64,000 nt of DNA. Source: an uncultured Bacteroidales bacterium. GTDB lineage: Bacteria; Bacteroidota; Bacteroidia; Bacteroidales; CAIWKO01. The notes below the pieces were generated by a model, which made no database searches, was not told where the DNA came from, and worked only from the letters and a program-made list of their open reading frames with translations. How positions within the stretch are numbered: the first letter of the stretch is position 1; each line of letters starts with the position of its first letter. Location of the stretch: the NCBI GenBank assembly GCA_903913285.1, contig CAIWKO010000060.1, positions 55,898 through 119,897 on the forward strand, read 5' to 3'. Positions 29,278 to 39,747 of this stretch are shown here, piece after piece. A program made the translations under genes and the position numbers.

Positions 29278-29550
29278 CACTACCTCGTCCGAACGACACT
29301 TCACCTCGTCGGAACGACTACGTTTCTCGTCCGAACGACACTATTCCTTCTCCGGACGACTCTGTTCCTCTTCCGAACCGCACTATTCCTTCTCCGGACA
29401 ACACTATCCCTTCTCCGGACGACACTATCCCTTCTCCGGACGACACTATCCCTCTTCCGGACGACACTATCCCTTCTCCGAACGACTCTGTCACTCGTCC
29501 GAACGACTCTGCACCTTTTTCAGACTACATCAAACCTTTTTCAAACAACA
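29278..29550 (+). repeat. 21-bp tandem array B1 (CTATCCCTTCTCCGGACGACA type), ~13 units
   Basis: Continuous 21-bp register; translates as LSLLRTT heptads in ORF 29176..29628. Confidence 0.92.
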
Positions 29551-29839
29551 TCAAACATCTTCCGGGTCATCCTTTATATCACCTCGCTCATAGCTTTTTA
29601 TCCCGTAACCACCGGAATACATCTCTAAACTCTTATCATTTTCTGTAGCCCTTCGCCGAATATTCTGCCCGATTATCTTATTCCTTATCATCTTGCCGTT
29701 TCTTAACACACTATAGGATTGTTTTTATAAAAAAACATCCCTGGCTATCATCTTTTAAAAATAATTAAAAAACTTTTCACCGCTTAAATCGTTGTTTTTA
29801 TGATTATTCACTACTGTGCGAAACAGATTAATGAAATTA

Positions 29840-29884
29840 TTTTAGTACTTTGTATTGCATAGTACTAAAAATGTATTATCTTTG
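29840..29884 (+). promoter_or_regulatory. Bacteroidota primary-sigma promoter overlapped by a palindromic putative PadR operator
   Basis: TTG (29855-57)-N19-TATCTTTG (29877-84); dyad TTTTAGTACT-TTGTATTGCAT-AGTACTAAAA covers the -33 element. Confidence 0.7.
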
Positions 29885-30121
29885 TCCCCGAAATGATAAA
29901 ACGATCTTCAGATCAAAATTTTAAAATGGCTCTAAGTTTAATTTTTAATAGTGTTGGTAATAAAGTGAAACGTGTTGAGAATCATCTGCGCCTTATCTCA
30001 GAGGATAGGATGATTTTCAGCGGCTTCACCCTTTAGGGAAGGGGAAAAAAGACGTTGAAAATCAATTAAAAGTCATTTGGAAAGAACAACAAACAACAAA
30101 CGACAAACAAACAACAACAAA

Positions 30122-30457
30122 ATGGATATCGAAAACTCAAAGGCCCAGATGCGAAAAGGTGTGTTGGAGTATTGCATACTCTCCATCATATCCGAAAAGG
30201 ATGCCTACGCATCCGACATCATGGAAAAACTGAAAGAAGCCAAACTCATCGTGGTGGAAGGCACGCTCTATCCCTTGATGACACGCCTGAAGAACGACGG
30301 CTTGCTCAACTATCGCTGGGAAGAATCAAAAAGTGGCCCCCCGCGCAAATATTATCAACTCACCGACGACGGACGCAAATGCCTCTCCGATCTCGACGAA
30401 AGCTGGAACGAGTTGGTTGATTCGGTTAAACATATCACTCAAAAAAATAATTCATAA
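30122..30457 (+). CDS. PadR family transcriptional regulator
   Basis: QMRKGVLEYCIL, VEGTLYPLMTRL and GPPRKYYQLT; ATG at 30122. Confidence 0.95.
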   Translation: MDIENSKAQMRKGVLEYCILSIISEKDAYASDIMEKLKEAKLIVVEGTLYPLMTRLKNDGLLNYRWEESKSGPPRKYYQLTDDGRKCLSDLDESWNELVDSVKHITQKNNS

Positions 30458-30469
30458 AACATCATAGCC

Positions 30470-32257
30470 ATGAACAAAACAATATCAATTAACATAGGCG
30501 GTTTATTTTTTCAGATCGATGAACAAGCATACATCATCCTGGAAAACTATCTTGACTCCCTAAAAAAACATTTCGCAGGCACCGAAGGCAGCGAAGAGAT
30601 CATTCAGGACATCGAATCTCGTATAGCCGAAATATTTCAAACCCGCATCGAAGCCGGAAACGTTATGATTACCCTCGAACACGTGGAAGAAACCATAAAG
30701 ATACTGGGCAACCCGGGCGATATCGACAACAACAGCCCCGAAAAAGAAACCAAAAAAGAACACAAACGCTTTTCACAGAAACGTTTGTTCCGCGACGAGG
30801 ACAACCGGGTGCTGGGCGGTGTATGTTCCGGATTGGGACATTATCTTGATGTCGACCCCGTTTGGTTTCGTCTGGGGTTTGTTATAGCCCTCTTGTTTTT
30901 CGGCTCGAGTATATTAATATACCTGGTGTTGTGGATCATCATCCCCAAAGCCGACAGCACCGAAGATAAAATGCACATGAAGGGCGCACCGATGACCATC
31001 AAGGAAATAGAAAACAATATCAAAGAGGAGTTCGAAGATCTGAAAACCCGTTTCCACGACATGCGCGGCCACACCCGAAGACGCACACGCAGAGAAATGC
31101 ACGAACTAAAACGCAAGATACATCAGGCAAAACACGAAGCCAAGTATTCATATCGTCAGTGCTATGTAGCTTCAGCAGTGGCAGCAGGCAAAAAACCCGA
31201 ACACATGCATCATCATGGCTTTGGAAGCGTGTTTGGCGAAATATTTTACTATCTGCTTCGCGCCCTGCTGATATTTGCTGGCATTGTTCTGCTCATCGTT
31301 GCTATTATTTTAACGGGTTCGCTTGTGCTTTCGCTCACGGCATCCGATAGTTTCGTGCTGTTCACCAAATGGGGCATATCGTCGGTTTCTGTTCCTGCTC
31401 TTTCTAACCTGTTTTTCGAAAACCAATGGCAGCAGCAACTTACTGTTATCACCCTTCTGCTGCTGATAGGCGTTCCTTTGCTGATGCTCATCTTCAACAG
31501 CATCCGTATGATAATCGGATTCAAGACCAAGCATCGTATCATCTCCATAACCGCCTCGCTTATGTGGCTCACGGGTTTGATCATAGCCATTTTTCTCACC
31601 ATTAACATCGTCGGCAATTTCAACGAAAAGACTTTTGTAAAGACAGAGGTCGTTTTGCCACAGCCCCGGAAAACCCTCACCATCGATATAACCGATAATT
31701 TGCCGGGCATACGCACAACAACTGTGAACGACGAAGAAAACGATGAAAGCAATGTGCAGAACCATCAGCATTTTATCTTCAACAACTGCTTCTTTTCTGA
31801 ACACAATGACAAACTCATCGCTTACGGTTTCCCAAAACTTAAGATCGTTGCTGCTTCCGGCGGAGAATATAAACTTACGGTGATAAAATTCGCACGGGGC
31901 ACCAGCCTGTTGAGCGCACGCCATAGAGCCGAAGCAATAAAAGCAGATGTTGCCACACCCGATTCAACTTTGTTCATCAACAATTATTTTGTGCTCCCGT
32001 TCAACGAAAAATGGCGCAACCAATCGGTGAAACTCCTGCTCGAAGTGCCCGAAGGGAAGAGTATTTTCCTGACCGGCAACGTAGAAAATCTGGTTTACGA
32101 CAGCAATTACCTCGACGGAAGCTGGAACACGGATATGATTGGCAAAAAGATGACGATGCACAACGGCATTTTGGTTGAAGACAGACAATTGCCAGTTAAA
32201 ACAGACAGCGTACCTGCAAAAAAACCGGTGCAAAAAAGACTTCTGCCTAAAAAATAA
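30470..32257 (+). CDS. PspC domain-containing membrane protein
   Basis: MNKTISINIGG..F.IDE.AY N-terminus; RLFRDEDNRVLGGVCSGLGHYLDVDPVWFR PspC motif; several TM helices. Confidence 0.92.
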   Translation: MNKTISINIGGLFFQIDEQAYIILENYLDSLKKHFAGTEGSEEIIQDIESRIAEIFQTRIEAGNVMITLEHVEETIKILGNPGDIDNNSPEKETKKEHKRFSQKRLFRDEDNRVLGGVCSGLGHYLDVDPVWFRLGFVIALLFFGSSILIYLVLWIIIPKADSTEDKMHMKGAPMTIKEIENNIKEEFEDLKTRFHDMRGHTRRRTRREMHELKRKIHQAKHEAKYSYRQCYVASAVAAGKKPEHMHHHGFGSVFGEIFYYLLRALLIFAGIVLLIVAIILTGSLVLSLTASDSFVLFTKWGISSVSVPALSNLFFENQWQQQLTVITLLLLIGVPLLMLIFNSIRMIIGFKTKHRIISITASLMWLTGLIIAIFLTINIVGNFNEKTFVKTEVVLPQPRKTLTIDITDNLPGIRTTTVNDEENDESNVQNHQHFIFNNCFFSEHNDKLIAYGFPKLKIVAASGGEYKLTVIKFARGTSLLSARHRAEAIKADVATPDSTLFINNYFVLPFNEKWRNQSVKLLLEVPEGKSIFLTGNVENLVYDSNYLDGSWNTDMIGKKMTMHNGILVEDRQLPVKTDSVPAKKPVQKRLLPKK

Positions 32258-32282
32258 ATGATCTTGCTTTTTTCATTGTTCG

Positions 32283-32316
32283 AACAGCCATACAGTAATG
32301 TGTGGCTGTTTTTTTT
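32283..32316 (+). terminator. Rho-independent terminator
   Basis: AACAGCCATACA-GTAA-TGTGTGGCTGTTTTTTTT. Confidence 0.8.
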
Positions 32317-32329
32317 GGAACTGTTGCTC

Positions 32330-32968
32330 CTACTCCCTGCTCAAAAACGGCCTGAACTCTTTCGACTCCTTGACACGTCGGGCAATTTCAATAAAATCGC
32401 CTATCCGATACATCTCAAGGTTCTCCTTAAGTTCAAGCTTTATCAGTATCACATTGCCAAACAACATCGACAGGTCATCATCCAGGTTGAGATCAACAAT
32501 AATTTTTGAAATTTGTTCTATCGACGTAAACCGAACGTTCAGTTTGGGATCGGAATAATCTCTCGGAAGGTTTTTCGATTCGCGGGCCACAAGTTTCTCG
32601 ACCGACATCTCTCCCAACCCTATCAAATGTTTCTCACCGTCGGGCGAACGCATAAACACAGAGTCGTTTCCATAATTATGATACCTGACGACCTCGCTGT
32701 TCATGTATTGTTTATACACTTTCAGGCTATCGATAAGTTGTGCAAAAGTCCAGTCTTCAATTTTTACATTATCTTGCATCTTGCCCACGATATATTCACC
32801 CATAAGCTGAGAATCATATTTCGACATCAGTTTTTTTTCCAACAGTTTATGAATGATATCAGGGCTGTTCTCCGAAACTTTTGTTCGCAACAGTTCTTCT
32901 GCAGTTTGAGCAAAAAGCCCAACGGAGATAAACAGAAAGAAAAATGTAAGACTGAAATATTTTATCAT
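32330..32968 (-). CDS. Secreted hypothetical protein
   Basis: Signal peptide; 212-aa ORF co-oriented with the upstream ligase. Confidence 0.7.
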   Translation of the reverse strand: MIKYFSLTFFFLFISVGLFAQTAEELLRTKVSENSPDIIHKLLEKKLMSKYDSQLMGEYIVGKMQDNVKIEDWTFAQLIDSLKVYKQYMNSEVVRYHNYGNDSVFMRSPDGEKHLIGLGEMSVEKLVARESKNLPRDYSDPKLNVRFTSIEQISKIIVDLNLDDDLSMLFGNVILIKLELKENLEMYRIGDFIEIARRVKESKEFRPFLSRE

Positions 32969-33004
32969 AGTTTTAGTTTTAATGCAGATTAGGAGTCTGA
33001 GAAA

Positions 33005-35062
33005 CTATTTCTCGATCCGTATACGTGCATCAACAGCCACCACTTTATCGGCATTACCCAGCAAAGGATTCAGATCAAGTTCCCTTATTTCAGGAGCAAC
33101 CTGCAACAAAGCAGATAAACGCATGATAATATCGGCAAGTATATTTTGGTCGATGCCTTTTTGTCCGCGAACGCCTTCAATAATTTTATAGCTTTTCAGG
33201 CTTTTGATCATCGTCATGGCTTCGGCTTTCCCAATTGGCGACAAACCTGCCGAAACATCTTTCAACACTTCGATAAAAATACCTCCCAAACCAAACAATA
33301 TCATGTGCCCGAATTTAGCTTCGAAGTTGGCTCCCACAAAAAGTTCCGTTCCGCTCAGCATAGGCTGTATCAATATGGCAGTAGTTTCTTTTATCTGTAT
33401 CATGCGTTCGAATTCGCGTTCCACTGTTTCAATGTTTTTCACATTCAGCACCACTCCACCCACATCCGATTTATGAACCGGACCAACCACTTTCATCACC
33501 ACCGGGAATCCCAAACGTTGCGCTTCTGCTTTTGCCGTTTCTTTATCGGTTACCACAGCTTCGCCTGTACGGGGAATGCCCGCAGCATCCAACAATGACT
33601 GGATCTCTGCCGGAGAAATATATCCTTCGGCAGTTCCATCGATAATCGAACGGATCTTCACAGTATCAACCTGAGGTAATGTAGGAACTTCTTCGAAAGG
33701 TTTGGCTGTATAAAACACCTTCACCAAAGCCTTAGCCAACACCACTTCATCGGGGAAGTTGATGCGGTCTTTGGATAGAAAATCGTTCACCTCTTCACCG
33801 GCAGTTAAAGTAGATGGCAATACAGGGAATATAGGTTTTAAGGCCGTTTTCATTTTTGCATCCAGCACAGTATAAACATCAAAAAGTTTGAACAAGCCGG
33901 GTGTTCCGAAAATGACGATCATGGCATCTATATCATCAAATCTTTGGTCAACATAATCGATTATGGTTCCCAGTTGTTCTGCAGTTCCTGTTGCCAGAAA
34001 ATCGATAGGATTTGCTACCGATGAACCCGGAAACAACTTGGTGAGCAGTTCTTTGCTTGCAGGAGAATCAATATGGGGAACGTCTAATCCTCCATTCGAT
34101 AGGGCATCGGTACACATCACAGCGGGTCCGCCGGCATGGGTAATAATAGCAAGACGTTTGCCCTTCAGTTCGGGATGCATGAACACCGAAGCAACACTGA
34201 TAAGATCTTCGCGCCCGATGCAACGAACTATACCTGCCTTGCGGAACAATGCATCTACTGCCACATCAGAACTTGCCAAAGCACCAGTATGTGAAGAAGC
34301 CGCCCGCGAACCTGCATCAGACGAACCGGCTTTTATGGCCGCTATCCTGCATCCTTTCCGGATCAGCGACGAAGCATGTTTCAATAGCTTCTGAGGTTTT
34401 GAAATGTTCTCGATATACAGCAGTTTCACCCGTGAACTTGTTGCAGGGTCGAATGAATTGTCGAGATATTCGAGCAATTCTTCCACGCCAAGCTGAGCAC
34501 TGTTCCCAACAGAAAACACATTTGCAAACGTAAGCCCGTTGGGGATACCCGCTTCCATAATAAAACAAGCCGTAGCGCCCGAACCTGAAATAAAATCACA
34601 TCCCTGGGGTTCGAGTTTGGGAATAGGATACGTAAAGATGCTGTGATGCGAGGGTGTGAGGATTCCAGTGCAATTGGGTCCTATCAGGCATCCACCGGTA
34701 CTGTTTATGGTGTCTACAATTTGTTTTTCGAGTTCCGCACCTTCTTTGCTTTCTTCACTGAAACCTGCTGAAAGTATGATAAATGCTTTTGTTTCTTTTT
34801 TTCGGGCAAGAATCTCGACCGTCTCGGGTATTAATTTCGCAGCAATGGCAATAATTGCCAGATCAACCTGAGGCATTTCGTTGATATCCTGAAAACTTTT
34901 TATTCCCTGAACTTCGGGTTCTTTCAGATTTGTAACATACAAATGACCGGCAAAATGTCCGTCTATCAAATTCTTTAATACTTTTCCGCCCGGTTTGGTT
35001 ATTTCGTTCGAGCCACCCACAACCACAATGCTACGGGGATTTATCAGAAAATTGTTCACCAT
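33005..35062 (-). CDS. Acetate--CoA ligase (ADP-forming) family protein, fused alpha/beta
   Basis: PRSIVVVGGS, LSAGFSE, IGPNC.G, AASSHTGALA, NPIDF, HKSDVGGV and ELDLNPL...VAVDARI. Confidence 0.93.
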   Translation of the reverse strand: MVNNFLINPRSIVVVGGSNEITKPGGKVLKNLIDGHFAGHLYVTNLKEPEVQGIKSFQDINEMPQVDLAIIAIAAKLIPETVEILARKKETKAFIILSAGFSEESKEGAELEKQIVDTINSTGGCLIGPNCTGILTPSHHSIFTYPIPKLEPQGCDFISGSGATACFIMEAGIPNGLTFANVFSVGNSAQLGVEELLEYLDNSFDPATSSRVKLLYIENISKPQKLLKHASSLIRKGCRIAAIKAGSSDAGSRAASSHTGALASSDVAVDALFRKAGIVRCIGREDLISVASVFMHPELKGKRLAIITHAGGPAVMCTDALSNGGLDVPHIDSPASKELLTKLFPGSSVANPIDFLATGTAEQLGTIIDYVDQRFDDIDAMIVIFGTPGLFKLFDVYTVLDAKMKTALKPIFPVLPSTLTAGEEVNDFLSKDRINFPDEVVLAKALVKVFYTAKPFEEVPTLPQVDTVKIRSIIDGTAEGYISPAEIQSLLDAAGIPRTGEAVVTDKETAKAEAQRLGFPVVMKVVGPVHKSDVGGVVLNVKNIETVEREFERMIQIKETTAILIQPMLSGTELFVGANFEAKFGHMILFGLGGIFIEVLKDVSAGLSPIGKAEAMTMIKSLKSYKIIEGVRGQKGIDQNILADIIMRLSALLQVAPEIRELDLNPLLGNADKVVAVDARIRIEK

Positions 35063-35203
35063 TCTTCTTAAATTTTAGTGCGCTAAGGTAAAAAAATACT
35101 TTTTAACAAGATACTATGTTGAAAACAAAAATAGCCGGGCTTTTTTTGAAAACAGCAAATTACTACTTTTACACCCTGAAACTTAGATTTTAAAATTTCT
35201 GAC

Positions 35204-35488
35204 ATGCCAAACAACAAAAAGAAGAAAAAAATAAAATACAAAAAGTTTGAGTTTAAACTTTCAGTAAAACAAAAAAATCTCATCGATAAGTTCTGCAGGG
35301 CAAAAAAAGTTAGCCCGAATAAGATGATAAAGTCCGCTATCAAAGATTATATCCGTAAATTTGCCGATTCGTTACCTGAAGAAGACTATATCAGCGAAAA
35401 TCAGTTATGCCTGTTTGATGTTGAAGAAGATATTGAGAATTATGAAATGGCTGAAAAACAGGAAGAGTTTAAAACCACATTATTCTGA
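35204..35488 (+). CDS. Small hypothetical protein (basic N-terminus, acidic C-terminus)
   Basis: 94-aa ORF in an intergenic gap upstream of grpE on the same strand. Confidence 0.65.
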   Translation: MPNNKKKKKIKYKKFEFKLSVKQKNLIDKFCRAKKVSPNKMIKSAIKDYIRKFADSLPEEDYISENQLCLFDVEEDIENYEMAEKQEEFKTTLF

Positions 35489-35547
35489 CAAAATGTCGCA
35501 TAAGTAATACTGGCAAAAAATTTGATTACCCCAAATTCAATTTGATT

Positions 35548-36120
35548 ATGAAAACAAAGAAAACTATGTCGAAGGAACACGAAGAAAAGAAACATGCAGA
35601 AAGCAAAGCCGAAGGAAAAGAAGAAGTGACTTCAACAGATGATTTCCCATGCGACGGCACTGAAAAAGACGAATTGATCCTGATACAAAAAGCCAAGATC
35701 GACGAACTCAATGACAAATATTTACGCTTATATGCCGAGTTCGACAACTATCGCAAACGAACGATAAAAGAGCGTTTAGAAATGAGCAAAACTGCCGCAG
35801 CCGATGTTATTTCATCCATGCTTCCGGTTTTGGATGATTTGGAACGCGCCATTAATGCCATGCCCGATGAGGAAGCTAACAAAGCTCTGAAAGAAGGCAT
35901 TGTACTGATCTACAACAAATACAAATCCATTTTAACAAAAAACGGACTGGAAGAGATTAAGTCAATTGGCGAAGTGTTCAATACAGATATCCATGAGGCT
36001 ATTGCAAATGTACCTGCAGAAAATGAAAAGATGAAAGGCAGAATCATTGATCAGGTTGAAAAAGGATATTACCTGAACGGAACTATGCTCCGTTTTGCTA
36101 AAGTGGTTGTAGCTAATTAA
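35548..36120 (+). CDS. grpE: Nucleotide exchange factor GrpE
   Basis: LRLYAEFDNYRKRT, LPVLDDLERA and GYYLNGTMLRFAKVVV. Confidence 0.96.
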   Translation: MKTKKTMSKEHEEKKHAESKAEGKEEVTSTDDFPCDGTEKDELILIQKAKIDELNDKYLRLYAEFDNYRKRTIKERLEMSKTAAADVISSMLPVLDDLERAINAMPDEEANKALKEGIVLIYNKYKSILTKNGLEEIKSIGEVFNTDIHEAIANVPAENEKMKGRIIDQVEKGYYLNGTMLRFAKVVVAN

Positions 36121-36209
36121 AGTCCAAATTTGGTAGACTCCAAATACTTGTTGATCAAAAATACCCGATAAGAAATATAATTAAATTGTAATACCAGATA
36201 CCAAAATAG

Positions 36210-37355
36210 ATGACCAAACGTGACTACTACGAAATACTTGGAGTTTCGAAAAATGCAGAAGATTCTGAGATCAAAAAAGCCTATCGGCAGTTAGCCTTAA
36301 AATACCATCCCGATAAAAACCCGGACGATAGTGCAGCTGAAGAAAAATTTAAAGAAGCTGCCGAAGCTTATGATGTATTGAGTAACCCTGAAAAAAAGAG
36401 TCGTTATGACCGTTACGGTCATCAGGGACTTGGAAATTCTTCAGGATTTGGCGGAGGCGGTATGAGCATGGATGATATTTTCAGCCATTTTGGCGATATC
36501 TTCGGAGGGGCATTCGGAAATTTTGGCGGATTCGGCGGAGGACAATCGCAACGCAGGAAAGTAAATTACGGTAGCAACTTACGTGTTAAAATAAAAATGA
36601 CACTGGAAGAGATTTCTGCAGGAGTAGAAAAAAAGATCAATGTCAATAAAAATGTTAGCTGTAAAGAATGCAGCGGAACAGGTGCAAAGAACGGAAGCTC
36701 GTTCAAAACATGTTCAACCTGCGGAGGACGCGGACAGGTGAGCCGTGTTACCAATACATTCCTCGGCCAGATGCAGACAACCTCTGCTTGCCCTACATGC
36801 GGCGGCGAAGGTCAATCCATCACTGAAAAATGCACTTCGTGTTTCGGCAACGGCATTGTAAAAGGCGATGAAGTGATCAGTATAAAAATTCCCGCAGGAG
36901 TTGCTGATGGCATGCAGCTTTCGCTTAGCGGAAAAGGAAATGCAGCAGCACGCGGCGGGCAACCCGGCGATCTGATCGTACTGATTGAAGAAATGGAACA
37001 CGCCGAGCTGATTCGCGATGGAAATAATTTATTGTATACCCAATATATCAGCTTCCCCGATGCAGTAATGGGAACTTCGGTTGAAATACCCACCCTGGAA
37101 GGAAAAGCACGAGTAAAGATTGAAGCAGGTACACAATCGGGCAAAATTCTTAAACTAAAAAACAAAGGATTACCTTCACTGAATTCATACGGGCGCGGCG
37201 ATCTGTTGATAGGTATCAACGTCTGGACACCACAAACCCTCACGAAAGAAGAAAAGCACATCATCACAAACCTGATGACTTCTGAAAACATTAAACCTCA
37301 TCCGGGAGCCAAAGACAAGAACTTCTTTGAAAAAATGAGAGAATTTTTCCAATAA
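36210..37355 (+). CDS. dnaJ: Chaperone DnaJ
   Basis: J-domain with HPD, G/F-rich region and four CxxCxGxG repeats. Confidence 0.98.
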   Translation: MTKRDYYEILGVSKNAEDSEIKKAYRQLALKYHPDKNPDDSAAEEKFKEAAEAYDVLSNPEKKSRYDRYGHQGLGNSSGFGGGGMSMDDIFSHFGDIFGGAFGNFGGFGGGQSQRRKVNYGSNLRVKIKMTLEEISAGVEKKINVNKNVSCKECSGTGAKNGSSFKTCSTCGGRGQVSRVTNTFLGQMQTTSACPTCGGEGQSITEKCTSCFGNGIVKGDEVISIKIPAGVADGMQLSLSGKGNAAARGGQPGDLIVLIEEMEHAELIRDGNNLLYTQYISFPDAVMGTSVEIPTLEGKARVKIEAGTQSGKILKLKNKGLPSLNSYGRGDLLIGINVWTPQTLTKEEKHIITNLMTSENIKPHPGAKDKNFFEKMREFFQ

Positions 37356-37366
37356 TCAACACAAAA

Positions 37367-38323
37367 ATGAATCTATTAGAAACCAGGAACATCACCAAAC
37401 GATACGCGAATCATCTTGCCTTAAACAACGTTTCCATCAGTGTTCCTCCCCAAAGTATTTATGGTTTGCTGGGCCCGAATGGTGCTGGAAAGACCACCCT
37501 CATCCGCATCATCAATATGATAACCTCCCACGACGAAGGCGAGATATTTTTGAACGGAGAAAAACTTCTTCAGAATCATATCGAACAGATCGGATATCTG
37601 CCCGAAGAAAGAGGCTTGTACAAAAAGATGAAAGTTGGCGAACAGGCTTTGTATTTTGCACAATTGAAAGGCTTATCGAGAACAGATGCCCTTAAAAAAC
37701 TTAAATTCTGGTTCGAAAAGTTTGAGATCGCAGCATGGTGGAACCGCAAGGTTGAAGAACTTTCGAAAGGCATGCAGCAAAAAGTTCAGTTTATTGTTAC
37801 TGTGCTGCACGAACCCAAATTGTTGATTTTCGACGAACCGTTCAGCGGATTCGACCCCATTAACGCCAACATTATAAAAGACGAAATATTCCGCCTCAGA
37901 GAGAACGGAGCTACCATTATCTTTTCCACCCACAATATGTCGTCGGTTGAAGAACTTTGCGATAATATTGCACTGATAAACAAAGCAAATAAAATCCTGG
38001 AAGGCAAAGTAAAAGAGATCAAGAACACGTATAAGAACAATGTGTATCACGTTGAACTCGCAGGATACAACCAGATACTGAAAGAACATCTTAACCACGA
38101 TTATCTGATTGAAGAAGAAATTCATGATGATGAACTGCTGAAAGCAAAGATCAGAATATTGAATAGCAGTTCAACCAACGATATGATTCAAACTCTTATG
38201 AAATTTGGGAATATTCATGCCATTCAGGAAATCATCCCTACCATGAATGACATTTTTATCGCGAAGGTTAACAATGATTCCATTCATCTCAACACCTCTT
38301 CAAATTCAAATTTAACAGAATAA
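37367..38323 (+). CDS. ABC transporter ATP-binding protein (NatA-like)
   Basis: GPNGAGKTT, IGYLPEERGLY, LSKGMQQK and DEPFSG. Confidence 0.92.
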   Translation: MNLLETRNITKRYANHLALNNVSISVPPQSIYGLLGPNGAGKTTLIRIINMITSHDEGEIFLNGEKLLQNHIEQIGYLPEERGLYKKMKVGEQALYFAQLKGLSRTDALKKLKFWFEKFEIAAWWNRKVEELSKGMQQKVQFIVTVLHEPKLLIFDEPFSGFDPINANIIKDEIFRLRENGATIIFSTHNMSSVEELCDNIALINKANKILEGKVKEIKNTYKNNVYHVELAGYNQILKEHLNHDYLIEEEIHDDELLKAKIRILNSSSTNDMIQTLMKFGNIHAIQEIIPTMNDIFIAKVNNDSIHLNTSSNSNLTE

Positions 38324-38329
38324 GCCGTT

Positions 38330-39670
38330 ATGAAAAAGACGCTCATCATAATCAAACGCGAATATTTATCCAGAGTTAAAAAAAGATCGTTCATCATCAT
38401 GACCATTTTGGGGCCAATACTCATGGCCTCTTTGATGATCGTTCCGTTCTTTATTTCCAAGTGGGGTGAAGAAGTTAAAAAGGTGGATGTAGTGGACGAA
38501 ACAGGCATCTATTACGGACATCTTGCCAGCAACAAATCCGTTCAGTTCAACTATGTGATGTCGGATATTAATACCGCCAAAGCCGACCTGTTAAAATCAG
38601 ACAGCTACTGCCTGTTATATATTCCAAAGCCATCGCTTACCAAACCGAACTATGCTTTGCTTTTCTATTCGAGCAAACAACCGGGCATAAGCGTTACAAG
38701 CTACATTGAAGAGAAAATGGAATACGTGCTCGAGAACAAAACCCTTCACGATCAGTTCGGTTTGGATAAAAAAGACCTCGACGCAGCTAAAACCAATATC
38801 AACCTGCAAATGGAGAACGTTCAAACCGGCGAAAATTCTTCACCCGAGCTCACCACTTTCATTGGTTTGTTTGCAGGTATACTGATCTATTTCTCTATTT
38901 TCATGTTTGGCTCGCAGGTAATGCGCGGCGTTATTGAAGAAAAAACCAGCCGCATCATAGAAGTGATCGTTTCATCCGTAAAACCTTTTCAGTTGCTGAT
39001 GGGAAAGATAATCGGAATAGCATTGGTAGGACTAACGCAATTTCTGTTATGGATAGTTCTCACACTCGGCATTGTAACAGTTTTTCAGGCTTCGGTGGCA
39101 ACATCCGTTTCCAATCCCAAACACGATAAAACCGTTCAACAGGATTTTCCGGTTCAGAAAAACACTTTGTTTCCCGAAAACGCACAACCACAAACGCATA
39201 AAAGCGATGACAGCGATATGATGAATTCTGTCATGAGTTCTGTTTCTCATTACGACTTTGTTGCCATCATATTGATGTTCCTCTTTTTCTTCATCTTCGG
39301 TTATTTATTATACGGAGCCTTGTTTGCAGCCATCGGTTCGGCTGTCGACAACGAAGCTGATACTCAGCAGTTCATGTTGCCGATCACGATTCCACTGATT
39401 CTTGCTTTTGTTATGTCACAATCCATCATCAATAACCCACAGGGTCCGCTGGCATTTTGGTTCTCTATCATACCGCTTACCTCTCCTATTGTGATGATGA
39501 TACGACTTCCATTCGGTGTTCCTGTTTTTGACATGGTGCTTTCGATGGGATTACTGGTACTGGGATTCTTGGGAGCTACCTGGCTGGCAGCAAAGATCTA
39601 TCGTACCGGAATATTGATGTACGGCAAAAAGATCAGCTACAAAGAGATCTGGAAATGGCTCAAATACTAG
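38330..39670 (+). CDS. ABC-2 transporter permease (NatB-like)
   Basis: REYLSRVKKRSF, VIEEKTSRIIEVIVSSV.PFQLLMGKI and multiple TM helices. Confidence 0.92.
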   Translation: MKKTLIIIKREYLSRVKKRSFIIMTILGPILMASLMIVPFFISKWGEEVKKVDVVDETGIYYGHLASNKSVQFNYVMSDINTAKADLLKSDSYCLLYIPKPSLTKPNYALLFYSSKQPGISVTSYIEEKMEYVLENKTLHDQFGLDKKDLDAAKTNINLQMENVQTGENSSPELTTFIGLFAGILIYFSIFMFGSQVMRGVIEEKTSRIIEVIVSSVKPFQLLMGKIIGIALVGLTQFLLWIVLTLGIVTVFQASVATSVSNPKHDKTVQQDFPVQKNTLFPENAQPQTHKSDDSDMMNSVMSSVSHYDFVAIILMFLFFFIFGYLLYGALFAAIGSAVDNEADTQQFMLPITIPLILAFVMSQSIINNPQGPLAFWFSIIPLTSPIVMMIRLPFGVPVFDMVLSMGLLVLGFLGATWLAAKIYRTGILMYGKKISYKEIWKWLKY

Positions 39671-39747
39671 GATTTTGGAGTGAGCTTGAGTGAGCCAGAA
39701 CGCCTTGAGTGACCTTGAGTTGAAACCCTACTTATTGATAAGAAAAA

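Noticed and set aside
28702-29628. ORFs 28702..28917, 28926..29246 and 29176..29628 as CDS features
   Set aside because: Repeat-derived low-complexity translations with weak starts; reported as repeats instead, though translation is not excluded.
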